Origin: Alphaproteobacteria bacterium | GTDB lineage: Bacteria > Pseudomonadota > Alphaproteobacteria > JAJTHO01 > CANGXP01 | NCBI GenBank assembly: GCA_947457935.1 | Contig: CANGXP010000005.1 | Coordinates: 2,511 to 66,510, forward strand | Reading direction: 5' to 3' | Length of the DNA: 64,000 nt | Part shown: piece after piece, positions 1 through 9,527 of the stretch | How positions within the stretch are numbered: the first letter of the stretch is position 1 | Layout of the letters: each line of letters opens with the position of its first letter | Position numbers and translations under genes: made by a program | The notes under the pieces: generated by a model | What the model saw: only the letters and a program-made list of their open reading frames with translations | Database searches by the model: none | What the model was told of the DNA's origin: nothing

Positions 1-159
1 GGAATCCAGTCTTAAACAAAGCGGTTTTAAGTGTGGATCCCCCTTTTCAGGGGGATGACAGACAGAGCAGTTGTTTCGCGTAAATATAGAGGAAGTCTTT
101 TACGCTGTTTCAATGCGTTTGGGAATATGTTTCATCATCCATACATATACTTTATCCCT

Positions 160-477
160 CTAATTCACAGCCTCCACAACAGCCGCAGGATTAGAGGCAA
201 TGGTTTTAAGGTACGCGATAGCATAAGAAGGCGGCGTGTTTTTGCCCTGTTCCCATGAGCGTAATGTTTCAGTGTTGATTTTGAATTTTCCGCAAAAGTC
301 GTTTTGCGTCAGCCCGAGTTTCTTGCGAACGGCTTTAATATCAATCTCATCCGCTGCATAATGCGTGATGCGGAAACCTTCCGTTTTGCCGTTGGCATAG
401 TCTAGCGTTTGCTGCAAGCCACGCAATAAGCTCTCTCCCAATGCAGAAGGTGCATCGTCAATGATATTTTTTGCCAT
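160..477 (-). CDS. XRE-family HTH antitoxin (HigA-like)
   Basis: 105-aa ORF. The C-terminal HTH segment (LGLTQNDFCGKFKINTETLRSWEQGKNTPP) resembles the HTH of the BrnA protein at 29430-29813. It overlaps the 3' end of the toxin fragment by 20 nt, with toxin-then-antitoxin order as in HigBA pairs. Confidence 0.6.
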   Translation of the reverse strand: MAKNIIDDAPSALGESLLRGLQQTLDYANGKTEGFRITHYAADEIDIKAVRKKLGLTQNDFCGKFKINTETLRSWEQGKNTPPSYAIAYLKTIASNPAAVVEAVN

Positions 478-933
478 GTTCTAAACTCCTTTTGATAGCC
501 TCTGCAAGCATTGCTGCAGCGCGTAAATCTCCTGCCGATAAGTCGTCTTTTTCATTCTTGCCATACGCCGTGATAAGCGTTAGCGGCAACCGTTCATCAT
601 AGTAAAAGTAGATAACCCTTGCGCCGCCACGTTTTCCCCGTTGCTTTGATTGCCAACGCATAGTCGTTTCAATTTAAAATTACCCATAGCCGAAAACGAG
701 TGCAGCGGCGCGAAGTGTACCTCTTCGTACATGAGAGACGCTAAAGGAAGTTTGCAGGCATGGGTAATTTTAAAGTGGAATAACTATAGCTTGCGTACAC
801 CGCCTGAACCCTTAATCACATCCCCCGCCAAAGGATTGACTGACAGAAACATCTTGAGGGCTTCCACTTGCTCTTCTGTAAACAGCTTTTCAGCTTGTTT
901 GGTAAATTCTGGTGTTTCGGCAACGGTAAGCAT
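458..933 (-). pseudogene. RelE/HigB-family toxin gene interrupted by a 129-bp palindromic element
   Basis: The minus-strand N-terminal fragment (933 down to about 787) reads MLTVAETPEFTKQAEKLFTEEQVEALKMFLSVNPLAGDVIKGSGGVRKL and stops at a TAG created at the element junction. The C-terminal fragment (661-458) reads MRWQSKQRGKRGGARVIYFYYDERLPLTLITAYGKNEKDDLS, a typical RelE/HigB core. Removing the element and one TA restores an in-frame ...GGVRKLRWQSK... ORF. Confidence 0.6.
659..788 (+). mobile_element. Palindromic MITE-like element copy 1 (about 129 bp, TA target)
   Basis: Termini are TAGTCGTTTCAATTTAAAATTACCC ... GGGTAATTTTAAAGTGGAATAACTA, flanked by CA/TA. The copy is homologous over its full length to the copies at 3410, 7883 and 63319. 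Confidence 0.6.
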
Positions 934-960
934 GGTTGATAGTAGTATATAATACGACTA

Positions 961-1542
961 TTGTCAACTTCTATAACACCTCTATGTAACTACCTGATGC
1001 GCAATTCACATTGTATAACACCTGATTTTTTGTTAAATTACAGAATACTTTACGAGGAATTGAATTTGCTCAGTCTTTTGTTAGCGGGGGTGTTGATAGC
1101 CAGCGCACCCCCCGAGTTGCCAAAGCAACTCACGAAGGCACAATACTGCCTCCGTCTTTATGGCTACGAAATTTCTGACCTTCTGGGAGTGAATGGACTT
1201 CCAATAGGTCTTAAATATCTAGGAAAAATAGAAAAATGCCAACCCCTGCGGGATGGTATTTTTATTTTCCCTCCAGCACTCTCCGATGAGTTCTGGGGTA
1301 TTCTGGATGGCACCGTCAAAGTGCCAACACCGATTGTTTTTAGTCTCAAAAATCAGCGGGCAACAAAATTGCCAAGCCTGATTAAGGGGCTGAAAGCAAT
1401 GTCTAAAACCACAACAGGATTCGTGGTTTTGGACGAAAGATTCGACAGAAAAGTCTTGTCTGATAACCTCGGACAAGAAGCGTTCTACTCAGTAAACTTC
1501 CTCCTACGGGAGGAGGATTTGGACAGAGCAGTAAGAAAATAA
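961..1542 (+). CDS. hypothetical protein (start uncertain, possibly secreted)
   Basis: 193-aa ORF with no recognisable motifs. An internal hydrophobic stretch (LNLLSLLLAGVLIASAPP) could be a signal peptide if the true start is internal. A terminator follows the ORF. Confidence 0.35.
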   Translation: MSTSITPLCNYLMRNSHCITPDFLLNYRILYEELNLLSLLLAGVLIASAPPELPKQLTKAQYCLRLYGYEISDLLGVNGLPIGLKYLGKIEKCQPLRDGIFIFPPALSDEFWGILDGTVKVPTPIVFSLKNQRATKLPSLIKGLKAMSKTTTGFVVLDERFDRKVLSDNLGQEAFYSVNFLLREEDLDRAVRK

Positions 1543-1561
1543 ACTACTGCTCACAAACCTT

Positions 1562-1593
1562 CCCTCTTCTTCCATTCAAGAAGAGGGTTTTTC
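1562..1593. terminator. Rho-independent terminator hairpin, possibly bidirectional (hypothetical gene and recJ)
   Basis: CCCTCTTCTT / AAGAAGAGGG stem followed by TTTTT. It lies between the convergent ORF 961-1542 and recJ. Confidence 0.5.
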
Positions 1594-1612
1594 TAAACAA
1601 TATTTAGATCCC

Positions 1613-3418
1613 TCAAGCCGCCAACCCTTCCCCCCAGCCCCGTGTCTCCGCCGTGGGCAGCATCACATCCTCAATAAACACTTGCGGCGTGGGGGTTTTG
1701 CCCCATGTATCCAGTTTTAACGTGCCCGCAATATGCAACGGCTTACCTTGGTTGGAGAGCAACACCTGCCCGATATTCTGGTCAAGGGCACGGAATGCCA
1801 TCGCTTTCACGGTAAAAGCGCGGTCTTTATCTCCCAACACACACCGCACATGATTATCCCCCACAACGGCGGCTTGGCGAATAATCACCTCAGGCAACAA
1901 AAACCGTGGTTGCGGATTGCCCGCCCCAAACGGCGCGAGTTGCTCTAATTTTGTGATAAAGTCCGCTGTGATGCCCTTAATGTGCATTGTGCCATCTAAA
2001 TGCAACAGCGGCGTAATATTCTGTGCAGCAATAAGGCGTTGCACCTGTTCTTCTAAGTAGTCTGTGAAGACAGGCAGCATGCTTGCATGGATACTAAACC
2101 CCGCCGCCATTTCATGCCCACCACCAGCCAACAACATCTCTTGTTGCCGTGCGGCAATCACTAAATTGCCCAAATGCACGCCACTCACCGAACGACATGA
2201 TGCCTTACCAATCCCTTTTTCATCAAAGGCTATTACGCAGGTTGGCAGGTGATACCTTTCTTTAAGACGTCCCGCTACAATGCCAATCACCCCTGCGTGC
2301 CACCCCTGCCCTGACACAATCAACACACTTCTTTTACTCGCCGCGTCATTGGTAAGAGCCTCTGCCTGCACCAATGCTTCACTTAAAACAGTATATTCAA
2401 TGGCTTTTCGCTCTTTGTTAAACTCTTCTAACAGCGTTGCAATGTGCTGTGCTTCGGCAGGATTTTTCGTACTCAGCAATTTTGCGCCTAAATCCGATTG
2501 CCCCACACGCCCCCCTGCATTGATCCGTGGACCCAACACAAACCCTAAATGATACGCCGTCGGCACTTCCTTAACACCCGCCGTATCCATCAGCGTTTTC
2601 AGCCCCAAATTTTGCCGATTTGCCATCACTTTTAAGCCTTGCGCCACAAAAGCTCGATTCAGCGTGGTCAGACTCACCACGTCACACACGGTGCCTAGCG
2701 CCACAATATCGAGTAAATTAAGCAAGTTAGGCTTTTTTGTTTGTGTAAAAAACCCCCGCGCTTCCAAAATGGTGTTGGTCGCAATCAGCAACAAAAACAC
2801 CACGCCCACGGCCGCTAAGTGCTTATAATCACTGTCTTCATCAAACCGATTCGGGTTCACCACCGCCACCGCCGCTGGCATGGTTAACTCACTCGCATGG
2901 TGATCAATCACCAGCACTTCTAACCCACAGTTTTTGGCGGCCTCAAGGGGGGCAAATGCCGTGGTGCCACAATCAACGGTAATCACCAAGTCAACGCCTT
3001 CTGCCCGCAGCTTTTCTAGTGCAGGCGCATTAGGACCATACCCCTCTTTCATGCGGTCAGGCACATACAATTGAATGACTTGCCCTAACATCTGAAAGTA
3101 ATTTAATAGCAATGCAGAAGAAGTTGCGCCATCTACATCATAATCACCCCACACTGCCACCGATTGCTTGCTGATAATTGCTTCAGCTAATCTATTCGCT
3201 GCCGCTTGCATATCTTTGAGATGCAATGGATTTGGCAGCGCATCTTTGAGACGCGGCTCTAAAAACCCCTCCGCCTCTTCTAAGCCAATATTGCGCGCCG
3301 CGAGCAGCTGCCCCAAAACCACAGGCAGTTGAAATCGTTGACTCAACGCTAACGCAAGGCGTTCATCATGCGGTTTAAAGCGCCACGTTCTAGCAGAGGC
3401 TGAAAGCATTATAATCAT
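1613..3418 (-). CDS. recJ: Single-stranded-DNA-specific exonuclease RecJ
   Basis: 601-aa protein with DHH and DHHA1 family sequence features (VITVDCGTTA, DHH). The alternative start at 3409 (MLSAS...) is more likely. Either start lies inside element copy 2. Confidence 0.9.
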   Translation of the reverse strand: MIIMLSASARTWRFKPHDERLALALSQRFQLPVVLGQLLAARNIGLEEAEGFLEPRLKDALPNPLHLKDMQAAANRLAEAIISKQSVAVWGDYDVDGATSSALLLNYFQMLGQVIQLYVPDRMKEGYGPNAPALEKLRAEGVDLVITVDCGTTAFAPLEAAKNCGLEVLVIDHHASELTMPAAVAVVNPNRFDEDSDYKHLAAVGVVFLLLIATNTILEARGFFTQTKKPNLLNLLDIVALGTVCDVVSLTTLNRAFVAQGLKVMANRQNLGLKTLMDTAGVKEVPTAYHLGFVLGPRINAGGRVGQSDLGAKLLSTKNPAEAQHIATLLEEFNKERKAIEYTVLSEALVQAEALTNDAASKRSVLIVSGQGWHAGVIGIVAGRLKERYHLPTCVIAFDEKGIGKASCRSVSGVHLGNLVIAARQQEMLLAGGGHEMAAGFSIHASMLPVFTDYLEEQVQRLIAAQNITPLLHLDGTMHIKGITADFITKLEQLAPFGAGNPQPRFLLPEVIIRQAAVVGDNHVRCVLGDKDRAFTVKAMAFRALDQNIGQVLLSNQGKPLHIAGTLKLDTWGKTPTPQVFIEDVMLPTAETRGWGEGLAA

Positions 3419-3539
3419 TCCACTTTAAAATTACCCCTGCCTGCAAACTTCCTTTAGCGTCTCTTCTGTACGAATAGGTACATTTCGCGCCGCTGCAGTC
3501 GTTTTCGGCTATGGGTAATTTCAAATTGAAACGACTATA
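3410..3539 (-). mobile_element. Palindromic MITE-like element copy 2
   Basis: TA-TAATCATTCCACTTTAAAATTACCC ... GGGTAATTTCAAATTGAAACGACTA-TA. The core is reverse-complemented relative to copy 1. It overlaps the 5' end and start codon of recJ. Confidence 0.6.
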
Positions 3540-3702
3540 CGAGAGGCGGGAGAATAATGTTAAAATTACAAAACCCTTGTCTTTACTGTGCATATTGCGT
3601 ATGGAAACGCAACGTAAAAGGTAACGGAGCCTAGAGGATGGCACTTTTCTCTCGCCTCTCGCCTCCCGCCTTTTGCCTCCCGCCTCATTCAGGAATAAAG
3701 CC

Positions 3703-4761
3703 ATGCACCCCACTCTTAAACCAGCCACCCCGTCTTTAAAAGAAGAACTTCTTGCCAATGTTGTAGAACACATTGATATTACATCTTTTGATGCGCGTCC
3801 GATTGTGGATGCTATGGCGAAAATGTCGTTCACCTCGCGGGATCTGGCGAAAGCGGCAGACATTTACAACAAGATGCTGGCGGACAAAGACTGTTCTATC
3901 ATCCTCACCATCGCGGGGTCAACCTCGGCGGGCGGCTGCATGGATCTCTATGCAGAACTCATCAAAAACAACATGGTAGACGCGATTGTTGCCACAGGCG
4001 CAGCTATTGTGGACATGGACTTTTTCGAGGGACTAGGCTTCAAACACTACCAAGGCACGCCGTTCATTGATGACCGCGTCTTGCGCGATAACTATATCGA
4101 CCGTATTTATGACACCTATATCGATGAGCAAGACCTGCAATCCACCGATCACCTGATTAAAGATATTGCCGATAGCCTCCCCGCCAAAGCCTATTCTTCC
4201 CGTGCATTCATCCGCGAAATGGGGCGTTACCTCAGCAAAAACGGCAAAAAAGAAAATTCTCTGGTGAAATTGGCGTTTGAGCACAATGTGCCTATCTTCT
4301 GCCCTGCTTTCACTGATTCTAGCGCGGGTTTTGGTTTAGTAGTTCACCAAGTGGAACAAGCTAAAGCTGGCAAACCCTACCTCACCATTGATTCTATTGC
4401 CGATTTCCGCGAACTTACCGAGCTAAAAATCAAAGCCAACGTCACAGGCTTGCTGATGATTGGCGGTGGTGTGCCGAAAAACTTTGCGCAAGACACCGTT
4501 GTATGCGCTGAAATCTTAGGACATGACGTGCCGATGCACAAATATGCGGTGCAAATCACCGTTGCGGATGTGCGCGATGGCGCGTGCAGCAGCTCCACCC
4601 TTAAAGAAGCCTGCTCATGGGGCAAGGTGGATACAACGTACGAGCAAATGGTGTTTGCAGAAGCCACCAGCGTGTTGCCACTCCTTGCCAGCGATGCCTA
4701 CCATCGTGGCTACTGGAAAAACCGCCAAAAACGGGCGTTTGGAACGATGTTCGGAGAGTAA
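3703..4761 (+). CDS. Deoxyhypusine synthase-like protein (possible homospermidine synthase-type enzyme)
   Basis: Deoxyhypusine synthase family similarity along the full length. AGGAA ribosome-binding site 8 nt upstream of the ATG at 3703. First gene of a polyamine cluster. Confidence 0.75.
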   Translation: MHPTLKPATPSLKEELLANVVEHIDITSFDARPIVDAMAKMSFTSRDLAKAADIYNKMLADKDCSIILTIAGSTSAGGCMDLYAELIKNNMVDAIVATGAAIVDMDFFEGLGFKHYQGTPFIDDRVLRDNYIDRIYDTYIDEQDLQSTDHLIKDIADSLPAKAYSSRAFIREMGRYLSKNGKKENSLVKLAFEHNVPIFCPAFTDSSAGFGLVVHQVEQAKAGKPYLTIDSIADFRELTELKIKANVTGLLMIGGGVPKNFAQDTVVCAEILGHDVPMHKYAVQITVADVRDGACSSSTLKEACSWGKVDTTYEQMVFAEATSVLPLLASDAYHRGYWKNRQKRAFGTMFGE

Positions 4762-4767
4762 AAAACA

Positions 4768-5976
4768 ATGGATTCCGTCCTTATTATTGGTGCAGGGGCA
4801 GCAGGTGCCGTTGTTGCGAAGAAATGCGGCCTCAACCGCGACATTTTCAAACACATTCACCTTGCATCCCGCACGCTGTCTAAGTGCGAGAAAATTCAAA
4901 AAGAATGCGCCTCTCCCATCACCATCTCACAACTTGATGCAGATGACTCAACGCAAACCATTGCCCTCATCAATCGCATCAAGCCCCACCTTGTCATTAA
5001 CATGGCATTGCCGTATCAAGATCTTGCCATCATGGATGCTTGCCTTGCAACAGGCGTGCATTACATGGACACCGCCAACTATGAACCCAAAGACGTTGCC
5101 AAGTTTGAATATTCTTGGCAATGGGCATACCAAGAGCGTTTCCGTGAAAAGGGCTTAATCGCTATCTTAGGCTGTGGTTTTGATCCGGGGGTTACGAATA
5201 TTTTTTGTGCTCACGCCCAAGAAGTACTGTTTGACGAAATCCACACCATTGATATTATTGATTGCAATGACGGCAACCACGGCAAAGCCTTTGCCACCAA
5301 TTTTAATCCTGAAATTAACCTGCGGGAAGTCACCCAGCGCGGCAAATATTGGAAAAATGGCGAGTGGATTGACATTGACCCGTTAAGCATTGCCTGCATG
5401 ATTGACTACCCCGAGGTGGGCGCACGCAAAAGCTACCTCATTTACCATGAGGAAGAAGAATCCCTCGTGCAAAACATTAAGGGCTTGAAGCAAATCCGCT
5501 TCTGGATGACGTTTTCTGATAACTACATCAAACACCTCGATGTGCTGCAAAACATTGGCATGACGCGGATTGACCCCGTGCGCTTTCAGGGCATCGACAT
5601 TATCCCCATTGAGTTCTTAAAAGCCCTGTTGCCCGAACCCTCCTCTTTGGCGGAGAATTATAGCGGTAAAACCTCCATCGGCTGCATTATCCAAGGGATA
5701 AAGGACGGCAAACAGGTGCGTCACCTGATTTACAACGTGTGCGACCACGCGATGTGCAACAAGGAAGTGCAAGCGCAAGCCGTGTCCTACACCACAGGCG
5801 TGCCGCCCGTTGTGGGTGCAATCATGCTCTTTCAAGGGCATTGGCAGGGCAACGGCGTGTTTAACGTGGAACAACTCCCCGCTCAACCATTCTTGGCAGA
5901 ACTCACCAAGCAAGGCTTGCCGTGGCACATATGGGAACTCAAAGAAGCAGAACAAGCGGCTTTGTTTGCTGTTTAA
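4768..5976 (+). CDS. Carboxynorspermidine/carboxyspermidine dehydrogenase (saccharopine dehydrogenase family)
   Basis: N-terminal Rossmann motif IIGAGAAGAVVA and overall saccharopine dehydrogenase-like layout. Directly followed by the decarboxylase gene. Confidence 0.8.
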   Translation: MDSVLIIGAGAAGAVVAKKCGLNRDIFKHIHLASRTLSKCEKIQKECASPITISQLDADDSTQTIALINRIKPHLVINMALPYQDLAIMDACLATGVHYMDTANYEPKDVAKFEYSWQWAYQERFREKGLIAILGCGFDPGVTNIFCAHAQEVLFDEIHTIDIIDCNDGNHGKAFATNFNPEINLREVTQRGKYWKNGEWIDIDPLSIACMIDYPEVGARKSYLIYHEEEESLVQNIKGLKQIRFWMTFSDNYIKHLDVLQNIGMTRIDPVRFQGIDIIPIEFLKALLPEPSSLAENYSGKTSIGCIIQGIKDGKQVRHLIYNVCDHAMCNKEVQAQAVSYTTGVPPVVGAIMLFQGHWQGNGVFNVEQLPAQPFLAELTKQGLPWHIWELKEAEQAALFAV

Positions 5977-5982
5977 AGCGTT

Positions 5983-7119
5983 ATGCTCTCTATTCCACAC
6001 CCTCTCAAAACCCCCGCCTATATCGTTGATATGGGCAAACTAAAAGCAAACCTCGCAACCACCACCCGCATCAAACAACAAGCAGGGTGCAAAATCTTAC
6101 TTGCCACCAAAGCGTTTGCGCTCCCCGCCGTTTTTCCCCTCATGCGCGACTATCTTGATGGCAGCACCGCTAGTGGATTGCATGAAGCACGCCTCGGTTT
6201 TGAAGATTTCGGCAAAGAAGTGCATGTCTATTCCCCCGCTTATGCACAGTTTGAGATGGCGGAACTCCTCACTCTTGCTGACCATCTCTATTTTAACTCT
6301 CCCCAACAACTCACGCAATTTTTGCCGCAAGCTCGCGCTGCCTCCCCTTTAAAACAAATTGGCATCCGCCTTAATGCGGGGTATTCCAACGCAACCTTGG
6401 GCGGCGCACTCTATGACCCCTGCGCCCCCTGCTCCCGTTTTGGCACAACACAACAACACCTGAATGAATTACCGTGGAACGACATTGACATCCTCCACTT
6501 CCACAGCCTGTGTGAAGCAACGCACGAAGGCTCGGTAGGGCTTATCAACCATGTTGCAACGCATTTTGCCGACTACATCGCCCGTGTTAAAACCGTGAAC
6601 TTTGGCGGCGGGCATCTGCTGAACAAAGCAGGATACAATATTGACGCGCTTATCACAGCAATTAAAAATTTCCGCACCCGCTTTGGCGTTGAAGTTATCC
6701 TTGAACCGGGGGCAGGATTAGTGGTGGATGCGGGGTATTTTGCAACACGCGTGCTGGATATTCACCATAACGAAAAAGACATTGCCATTCTGGATGGCTC
6801 GGCAAGCTGTCATCTCCCCGATGTGCTGGAAGTGCCCTACACACCACCCGTTTTTGGCACGGATGACGCACACCCCCACCCCTATATCCTTGCAGGTGCA
6901 ACCTGCATGACAGGGGATATACTGGGCGAATATCGCTTTGAACATCCGCTAAAAACAGGCGATATCATCGTGTTCGGCGATATGCTTCACTATACATTTG
7001 TGAAAAACAATACCTTTAATGGCACGCCCCTACCCGATTTAGCCTTGCTGCATGAAGATGGTCGCTATGAAGTCGTGCGCTCGTTTGGCTATCAAGATTT
7101 CAGGGGGCGGCTGGGGTAA
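5983..7119 (+). CDS. nspC: Carboxynorspermidine/carboxyspermidine decarboxylase
   Basis: PLP-dependent decarboxylase fold III features and an N-terminus typical of NspC. Downstream partner of the dehydrogenase. Confidence 0.8.
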   Translation: MLSIPHPLKTPAYIVDMGKLKANLATTTRIKQQAGCKILLATKAFALPAVFPLMRDYLDGSTASGLHEARLGFEDFGKEVHVYSPAYAQFEMAELLTLADHLYFNSPQQLTQFLPQARAASPLKQIGIRLNAGYSNATLGGALYDPCAPCSRFGTTQQHLNELPWNDIDILHFHSLCEATHEGSVGLINHVATHFADYIARVKTVNFGGGHLLNKAGYNIDALITAIKNFRTRFGVEVILEPGAGLVVDAGYFATRVLDIHHNEKDIAILDGSASCHLPDVLEVPYTPPVFGTDDAHPHPYILAGATCMTGDILGEYRFEHPLKTGDIIVFGDMLHYTFVKNNTFNGTPLPDLALLHEDGRYEVVRSFGYQDFRGRLG

Positions 7120-7203
7120 ACAGGTATTGTGCAAAACCCCCTTGCTTCCCGTCGTAAGTTAGGCAATATGCGGAAGCATATCCCTCTTTAATGGAATTCC
7201 CCC

Positions 7204-7887
7204 ATGAACGACATCCTCAAAGAAGCCCAATCAGACCTCACCCAAGAAAAACTGCGCGTTTTCTTCCAAAAACACACGGGCAAATTGGTAGGCGGTGTGG
7301 TGGTAGTATTGCTCTCAGCGGGGGCAGCAAGCTGGATGCACAGCGAAAAACAAGAAAAACTCGAAGCCCTCAATGTGCAATATCATGCCGCCGAAAAATT
7401 CATTGCGGAAAGCAGCCTTGCCGAAGCCAGCAACACGCTGGATGCACTGGCAGATCAAGAAGGAAAACACGGTTTTGGTACACTCGCTCGTTTCCGCAAG
7501 GCATCCTTATTGCTGATACAAAACAGAGAAGAAGAAGCGCAAAAAATTTACGCAAAACTCGCTAAAGACGGCAGCATTTCCCCTTCTTTACGCGAGTACG
7601 CGAGTATTTTATACGCCTACGGTGCGCTGAACACACAAACGGGCATTGATGCCGATACAACCAAACAACTCACAAAAATCATTGACGATAAAGGGGCGTG
7701 GAAATTTGCCGCGCGTGAGATTCTCGCGCTGCAAAGTCTGCAAGACCTGAAGAAAATCTCTAACCCTGATGAAAAGCGCGTTCAAGAAACTGCGGAGAAA
7801 TTCCAAAGTCTCACAGAAGAAGCCGAAATCCCCAGTGCAATGAAACAACGCGCCGAAGCCATCCTCACTGTGCTCCCCCAACTATAG
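7204..7887 (+). CDS. YfgM-like membrane-anchored TPR protein (UPF0070)
   Basis: N-terminal TM helix followed by an alpha-helical TPR-like body. Conserved position upstream of bamB. Its TAG stop lies inside the terminus of element copy 3. Confidence 0.6.
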   Translation: MNDILKEAQSDLTQEKLRVFFQKHTGKLVGGVVVVLLSAGAASWMHSEKQEKLEALNVQYHAAEKFIAESSLAEASNTLDALADQEGKHGFGTLARFRKASLLLIQNREEEAQKIYAKLAKDGSISPSLREYASILYAYGALNTQTGIDADTTKQLTKIIDDKGAWKFAAREILALQSLQDLKKISNPDEKRVQETAEKFQSLTEEAEIPSAMKQRAEAILTVLPQL

Positions 7888-8011
7888 TCATTCCACTTTA
7901 AAATTCCTCATGCCTGCAAACTTTCCTTAGCGTCCCTCATGTACAAAAGGTACACTTCGTGCCGCTGCGGTCGCTTTCGGCTACGGGGAATTTTAAATTG
8001 AAACGACTATA
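7883..8011 (-). mobile_element. Palindromic MITE-like element copy 3
   Basis: TA-TAGTCATTCCACTTTAAAATTCC ... GGAATTTTAAATTGAAACGACTA-TA with clean TA duplication. It fills the whole yfgM-bamB intergenic region. Confidence 0.65.
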
Positions 8012-8034
8012 CAACCAAAAAATAAGGGGCTTTT

Positions 8035-9348
8035 ATGAAAAACTCTCTCCGCAAAACACTGCTGTTGTCTACTTGCCTTGTCACGCTTGCAGGATGCAGC
8101 CTGTTTGAAGAAGCGCCCCAACCCGTGATTGACAAAAGCAAGCGTCTCTCTGTGTTACAGCTAGAGAAAAAACTCACGCCCGAAACCAATACGCCCGTGG
8201 TGTTGCCTGAAGCCATCACCAATGATGCATGGCTGCAAGCAGGCGGCAATGCCACCCATGCCTTCCCGCCCCTTGCACTCGGCAAAACGCTGGAACAAAG
8301 ATGGCGCACCAATGTTGGCACGTCCTCTGAAGAAGAGGGGTTCACGCCCATCTCCCCCCTCATCACGGGCAACAAACTCATTGCGCTTGATGCACAAGGC
8401 ATGCTTACCGCGCTTAATACTCAAGATGGCGAAAAGCTTTGGGAAATAGGGGTTGCACCCGAAAAAGAAGAAGTAACGCTGATGCGCGGCGGCATGGCGG
8501 TCAGCGGCGGTGTTATTTATATTGCCTCAGGCTATGCAGAACTCATCGCGGTGGAAGCAGAAGCGGGGAAAGTGTTGTGGCGTGTGCCTCTGCCCGCCCC
8601 TGTTCACGCCGCCCCCATCATTGAAGGCAATAAATTATTCCTCATCACTGTTGATAATGAAATGTATGCCTACGGGCTTCCTGCTGGCAATTTGCTGTGG
8701 AATAGCGCGGGCTTAACCGAGAATGCCGCCATTGCAGGTACAGGCAGTGTTGCTGCCACGAGCGATATTGTTGTCGTCCCCTATTCTTCAGGCGAACTTT
8801 CTGCTGTGCTGAATGGAAACGGCCGTGTTGTGTGGGAGCAATCGCTTGTTGCCGCCAGCCGCCTTTCTGCCGCTGGCTCTTTGTCTTCCATTGTTGGCCG
8901 CCCGATTATTCACAACGGCAAAGTTTTCGCTGTGGGGCATGGCGGGCGCACCATCGCGGTGGATGCACGCTCTGGCAAACGCCTGTGGAGCAAAGACATC
9001 GGCAGCATTCGCAGTCCTTGGCTTGCAGGAGATTTTCTCTACGTTATCACCAACGACAACCAACTCGTTTGCTTGAATACAGAGGGCGGCATTCGCTGGG
9101 TCACACAACTGCAACGCTATGAAGACAGCGACGAAAAAGACAACCCTATCCTCTGGAGTAGCCCGATTATCGGCGGCAACCGCTTATTACTAACCAACTC
9201 AATGGGGCAACTAGTCAGTGTATCCCCCACCACAGGGGCAATCATAGCAACCGAAGACCTCCCCGCACCCACCATCGCCGATCCTGTTATTGCGCGGGGC
9301 ACGCTTTATCTTCTTACTAATGAGGGGGATGTTGTCGCGATGCGATAG
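8035..9348 (+). CDS. bamB: Outer membrane protein assembly factor BamB (PQQ-repeat beta-propeller lipoprotein)
   Basis: Lipoprotein signal peptide with LAGC lipobox. Repeated PQQ-like blades (NGKLIALDAQGMLTALNTQDGEKLW and similar). Confidence 0.85.
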   Translation: MKNSLRKTLLLSTCLVTLAGCSLFEEAPQPVIDKSKRLSVLQLEKKLTPETNTPVVLPEAITNDAWLQAGGNATHAFPPLALGKTLEQRWRTNVGTSSEEEGFTPISPLITGNKLIALDAQGMLTALNTQDGEKLWEIGVAPEKEEVTLMRGGMAVSGGVIYIASGYAELIAVEAEAGKVLWRVPLPAPVHAAPIIEGNKLFLITVDNEMYAYGLPAGNLLWNSAGLTENAAIAGTGSVAATSDIVVVPYSSGELSAVLNGNGRVVWEQSLVAASRLSAAGSLSSIVGRPIIHNGKVFAVGHGGRTIAVDARSGKRLWSKDIGSIRSPWLAGDFLYVITNDNQLVCLNTEGGIRWVTQLQRYEDSDEKDNPILWSSPIIGGNRLLLTNSMGQLVSVSPTTGAIIATEDLPAPTIADPVIARGTLYLLTNEGDVVAMR

Positions 9349-9527
9349 CGTTTGAAAAGATTTGATTTCCGTTGGAACTTGTCCTCACGGAAGTGAAGAC
9401 GGGAATGGTTTCGCATCAGCCCTAGAAGAAATAACCAGCTGCTTCTGACCCTTTTAAGTAATTATTTTTTATATGCATTATTTGAATTATTAATGCTTTT
9501 TTAACTATATTATGCTAACATTTCCGA

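Noticed and set aside
40-110. Two short hairpins downstream of the higA-like gene (ATCCCCC/GGGGGAT and GCGTAAA/TTTACGC)
   Set aside because: Neither is followed by a U-run on the relevant strand. Too weak to call a terminator.
31-258. 75-aa plus-strand ORF at the window start
   Set aside because: It overlaps the better-supported HigA-like antitoxin ORF on the opposite strand and has no motif. Probably spurious.
650-952. 100-aa plus-strand ORF (MPTHSRFNLKLPIAENECSGAKC...)
   Set aside because: It is read straight through element copy 1. The same 'protein' reappears in ORF 3390-3863 on the other strand through copy 2. It is an artefact of translating the repeat, not a gene.
3390-3863. 157-aa minus-strand ORF overlapping the dhs-like gene start and element copy 2
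   Set aside because: It is antisense to a well-supported CDS. Its C-terminal half is the translated repeat (RFNLKLPIAENDCSGAKC...), so it is spurious.
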